A stretch of DNA of 64,000 nt from Acidimicrobiia bacterium. Its GTDB lineage: Bacteria > Actinomycetota > Acidimicrobiia > Acidimicrobiales > Salinilacustritrichaceae. The notes under the pieces are model-generated. The model had not been told where the DNA came from. It saw only the letters and a list, made by a program, of their open reading frames with translations, and searched no databases. The stretch is from NCBI GenBank assembly GCA_046565885.1, contig JBKHXT010000020.1, forward strand, positions 5,784-69,783, read 5' to 3'. The translations under genes and the position numbers were made by a program. Numbering within the stretch: the first letter of the stretch is position 1; each line of letters begins with the position of its first letter. Below, piece by piece: positions 60,580-64,000 of the stretch.

Positions 60580-62198
60580 TGCGGCGGCGCAACGGGGAAC
60601 GAGGCGCTGTCCTCGTTCTCGTTGCCGTGTTCATGATCGTGGCGGTCGTGATGGTTGCTGCGGTGGTCGACCTCGGTGGTCAGCGAGCCGAGCGGAAAGA
60701 GGTGACCCTTTCCACGGACGCCGCAGCGCTCGCTGCGGCCGCTCTCGCTGACACGGAGGACATCGATCTCGTAAGCGTCGCGCTGGGCACGCTGGTCGAT
60801 TGCGGGTCTGTCGGGATCTCGATGCATGCCGTCAACCCCGAAGGCTTCTCAAACGTCCAGCAGGCCGTTGATGACTACCTGACCCGCAACGGCGACTCGA
60901 ACCCGGTCGACTGCAAGGTGGCTCGAACCTCGTTCCGCGAAGGCTATGTGATCGTCGCCGCCGACGAGATCGTCGACTACGCGATCGGTCCTGCTCTCGG
61001 GATCGACTCCGGCGAGGTGAACGGCGTGAGCGTCGCAGCCATCGAAGCCAACCCGGGCGGAGGTCTGCGCCCTGTGGGGATCTGTGGAGCGATGGTGAGC
61101 ATGGCGGGGGTGTCCGGCTATCCGGAGGTGTCGCTCAACGCGTTGGCGACGACGGGAAGTGGTGGCTTCGAGCTCGACGCAAGCGGGAACGTCGTCAGCA
61201 CATCGGCGCCGACGACGCCGACCACCTTCACCGCCCGGTTCCCCATCGAGCACGTCAAGGGTGGGTCGTGCAACGCCACGACCGGGCCGAGCGGGTCTGG
61301 CAACTTCGGCAAGCTGGACTTCGGCGGCGCCACTTCCACGAGCTGCACCGAGATCGGTCACTTCTGTAAGGACTACGCCGACGGCTACTACGGGACGGTC
61401 AGCAACCCGACCAAGGGTGATACCGGTAACAACTGGAGCAACTCGCAGACGGAGAGCTCCACGGAGAATCTGGAGGACCACGTCGGCCAGTTCTGGGCGC
61501 CCGTGTACTCCGTCGCTACCGGCACTGGCAACAACGCCAACTTCGTCCTCACGCACTTCGCGCAGATGGAGATGGTCAACCACTGCTTCAGTGGCAGCTG
61601 CAAGTTCGACGGAACCACGTGGTTCGACTTCCGTGTCTCGAAGATGATCCCGTACCTCCCAGCCGGTCCTCCTTCGACCGACGACGCAGACGAGCGACCG
61701 CCCCGGCTGTGTGCGGTGGTGAACGATGCAGCCAAGATCGCCGCTGGGTGCCCGCAACTGGTCTCGACCGTCACGACGCTTCCTCCAGCCTCAAGCACGA
61801 CGTCTTCGAGCACGACCTCCTCCAGCACTTCCTCAACTACGAGCACTGCGCCCACGACCACGACGACGGCACCGCAGTGTGCGGCGACTGCCGTGTCGCC
61901 AGCGTCCGGGCATGCCTTGAAGAACGGAAGTGCACAGCAGCTCGACTGGACCGTGACCGTCGCTAATGAAGCCGACTGCACGAACGTTTCGGCCTATCTG
62001 GACAGGAGAAACGGCAGCGGAGACCTGACGCTCACGGTAGTGGGGCTCTCTGGCAACCAGCTCACCGTTCGGCTCCCGGCGACGACCGTCGGCGCCAATA
62101 ACCAGGTCTATGACCTCGTCGTCTCCGTCGGTTCTCCTGCGAGGCAGATCGTCGGAGCGCAGGGACAGCCGTCGTCGACGTTGACGATGACCAACTAG
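60564..62198 (+). CDS. TadG-like pseudopilin/adhesin with Ser/Thr linker and C-terminal beta domain
   Basis: ERG|AVLVLVA...VDLG...DAAALAAA Tad N-terminus; many Cys; start 60564 or 60579. Confidence 0.85.
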   Translation: MRARVVRRRNGERGAVLVLVAVFMIVAVVMVAAVVDLGGQRAERKEVTLSTDAAALAAAALADTEDIDLVSVALGTLVDCGSVGISMHAVNPEGFSNVQQAVDDYLTRNGDSNPVDCKVARTSFREGYVIVAADEIVDYAIGPALGIDSGEVNGVSVAAIEANPGGGLRPVGICGAMVSMAGVSGYPEVSLNALATTGSGGFELDASGNVVSTSAPTTPTTFTARFPIEHVKGGSCNATTGPSGSGNFGKLDFGGATSTSCTEIGHFCKDYADGYYGTVSNPTKGDTGNNWSNSQTESSTENLEDHVGQFWAPVYSVATGTGNNANFVLTHFAQMEMVNHCFSGSCKFDGTTWFDFRVSKMIPYLPAGPPSTDDADERPPRLCAVVNDAAKIAAGCPQLVSTVTTLPPASSTTSSSTTSSSTSSTTSTAPTTTTTAPQCAATAVSPASGHALKNGSAQQLDWTVTVANEADCTNVSAYLDRRNGSGDLTLTVVGLSGNQLTVRLPATTVGANNQVYDLVVSVGSPARQIVGAQGQPSSTLTMTN

Positions 62199-62200
62199 GC

Positions 62201-62230
62201 CCCTCAAGGCGTGCCCACACGAGGCCGATA
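62201..62230 (+). promoter_or_regulatory. Sigma-28/WhiG-type promoter of cpaB-cpaE
   Basis: CCCTCAAG-N15-GCCGATA. Confidence 0.75.
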
Positions 62231-62296
62231 CACCACCCACTTCCGGTTCTGCGGAAAACTCCGGATTACTAACCCCCCGACAGGGAGACTGAACCA

Positions 62297-63145
62297 GTGA
62301 ACAAGAAGGTCGTCGGCGTGATCGCCGCAGTCGTGATGGCGATCGTCGGCACGGGCGTGCTCGTGCTGTTCGTTCGAGGAGCCGAGGATCGGGCGCTCGA
62401 GGGTGAGGAGCTGGTGCGGGTGCTGACCGCCGAGGCGACGATCCCGGCGGGCACGCCGGCGGAGCAGCTCGAGGGGTTGGTGTCCGAGGAGGACATCCCG
62501 ACCAAGATCGCCCCGGAGGGCGTGATCTCCGACCTGGTGTCGGTGAGCGGCCTGGTGACGAGCGTCGACCTGGTGCCGGGGGAGACCCTGCTCGCCAACC
62601 GGTTCGTCGACCCGGAGAACTACTCGGCGAGCCGGCCCGGCAACGTCGAGGTGCCCGAGGGCCTGCTCGAGGTCACCATCGCCATGAGCCAGGAGCAGTT
62701 CATCGGCGGCGTGCCGGTGCCGGGCAACTCGGTGGCGCTCGTCGCCCTGGGTGACCGCACCGACTTCGTGAACCCCGCCAACGACCCGCTGGCGGGCATC
62801 GGCGCTGATCCGGCCACGGGCCAGACGGCCGCCGGCGAAGCCCAGCTCAAGCTGTCGAAGATCATCATCCAGCAGGCGCTGGTCACCAACGTCCAGGGCA
62901 ACCCGCTGCCGGTGCAGGCGGCGGGCGCCACGGCCGACCCCTCCCAGCGGGTGGCGCCGGCCGAGGGCTCGCTGCTCGTCACGCTGGCGATGGAGGGCCC
63001 CGACGTGGAGCGTCTCATCTACGTCCGTGACGCCCAGTCGCTCAACGCCAACCTCCACATGGCGCTGCACAGCGGCGATGCGCTGGTGCCCTCCACGGGC
63101 ATCTCGGTCGAGAACGTGATCAACCCGGAGGCGCCGGTCGGATGA
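62297..63145 (+). CDS. cpaB: Flp pilus assembly protein CpaB/RcpC
   Basis: N-terminal TM, SAF domain (IPAGT...LVPGETL...RF), VPEG...GG.PVPG, LVTLA. Confidence 0.88.
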   Translation: MNKKVVGVIAAVVMAIVGTGVLVLFVRGAEDRALEGEELVRVLTAEATIPAGTPAEQLEGLVSEEDIPTKIAPEGVISDLVSVSGLVTSVDLVPGETLLANRFVDPENYSASRPGNVEVPEGLLEVTIAMSQEQFIGGVPVPGNSVALVALGDRTDFVNPANDPLAGIGADPATGQTAAGEAQLKLSKIIIQQALVTNVQGNPLPVQAAGATADPSQRVAPAEGSLLVTLAMEGPDVERLIYVRDAQSLNANLHMALHSGDALVPSTGISVENVINPEAPVG

Positions 63146-64000
63146 TCCTCGTCCTGTCCGCCACAGACGACCTCGAGCAGGCCGTCCGCGAGGCGGTCGG
63201 CGACGTCGTCCGCGTCGAGACCGCCCCGCTCGAGCGGGGCCTCGCCGCCGCCATCCCCGCCGTGGAGGTGGTGCTGGTCGACGGCACCGCTGACGCCGAG
63301 CGCGCCTTCACGGTCGCCCAGCGCTTCGACGAGGAGCGCCCCGAGGTCACGGTCGTCCTCCACATGGCGCCCGACCCCGAGGCGTTCTCCCGGGCGATGC
63401 AGGTGGGTGTCCGCGACATCCTCCCGCCGGGCTCCGACGCCGGTCGCATCCGCGAGTCGGTCAAGCACGCCCTCGAGGTCGCCGAGCGCCGCGCCCAGTC
63501 GCTGCGGGTCGGCGAGTCCGAGCAGGACCAGCACCGCATGATCATGGTGCTGTCGCCCAAGGGCGGCGCCGGCAAGACCACCGTCTCGACCAACCTCGCC
63601 GTGGGCCTCGCGTCCCGAGCTCCCAAGCAGGTGGTGCTCGTCGACGGCGACCTCCAGTTCGGTGACGTCGGCAACGCGCTGCGCCTGCTGGCCGAGACCA
63701 GCATCCGCGACGCCGTGGCCGGCGGCCTGCAGGACGCCACCGAGGTCAAGGTCCACCTCACCCCGCACCGCTCGGGCCTGTTCGCCCTGTGCGCGCCCGA
63801 GGTGCCCGGCGTGGCCGACGAGATCACCGCCCAGGCGTTCTCCAAGGCCGTGGTGCTGCTGCACCGCGAGTTCAAGTACGTGGTGGTCGACACCGACCCC
63901 GGCCTCGGCGAGCGCACGCTCACCGTCATGGACAACGCCACCGACCTCGTGTTCGTGGCCGCCACCGACGTGGCCAGCGTCCGGGGCCTGCACAAGACCA
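63142..64000 (+). CDS. cpaE: CpaE/TadZ pilus localisation ATPase (partial, runs off the window)
   Basis: Atypical receiver domain then SPKGGAGKTT, VDGDLQFGD, VVVDT; ATGA overlap with cpaB. Confidence 0.88.
   Translation, partial: MILVLSATDDLEQAVREAVGDVVRVETAPLERGLAAAIPAVEVVLVDGTADAERAFTVAQRFDEERPEVTVVLHMAPDPEAFSRAMQVGVRDILPPGSDAGRIRESVKHALEVAERRAQSLRVGESEQDQHRMIMVLSPKGGAGKTTVSTNLAVGLASRAPKQVVLVDGDLQFGDVGNALRLLAETSIRDAVAGGLQDATEVKVHLTPHRSGLFALCAPEVPGVADEITAQAFSKAVVLLHREFKYVVVDTDPGLGERTLTVMDNATDLVFVAATDVASVRGLHKT

Overview
High-GC actinobacterial chromosome segment, most likely class Acidimicrobiia (inferred from gene order and protein style). Most of it is the conserved housekeeping backbone: plsX-acpP-rnc-mutM-like-smc, ftsY-ffh-rpsP-khpA-rimM-trmD-rplS-lepB, yraN-comM-dprA-xerC-whiG, rpsB-tsf-pyrH-frr-cdsA-dxr-rseP-ispG and proS-rimP-nusA-ylxR-infB-rbfA-nrnA-truB. 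Inserted into it are a moxR/DUF58/VWA operon and an acyl-CoA/recCBD/tsaC operon, and the right end holds a DUF222-HNH gene and the start of a Tad pilus locus. No rRNA, tRNA or CRISPR array was seen. The best candidate for an undescribed system is a regulatory circuit read from the intergenic DNA. Two identically built sigma-28/WhiG-type promoters (CCCTCAAG-N15-GCCGATA) precede the Tad genes cpaB-cpaE and a response regulator whose output domain is a degenerate GGDEF with an intact RxxD site. A perfect BldD-consensus box precedes a lower-GC tadE/tadG cassette. The WhiG-family sigma factor itself is the last gene of the comM-dprA-xerC cluster. Together these suggest a c-di-GMP/WhiG/BldD-controlled Tad pilus, possibly competence-related; this is inference. 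Other oddities: an Fpg homolog with its catalytic residues replaced, an in-frame amber codon in recD, four conserved genes lacking a canonical start codon, a degenerate-LytM/serine-hydrolase fusion, a G-rich tandem repeat upstream of recC, and clear LexA and ClpC2-type operators.
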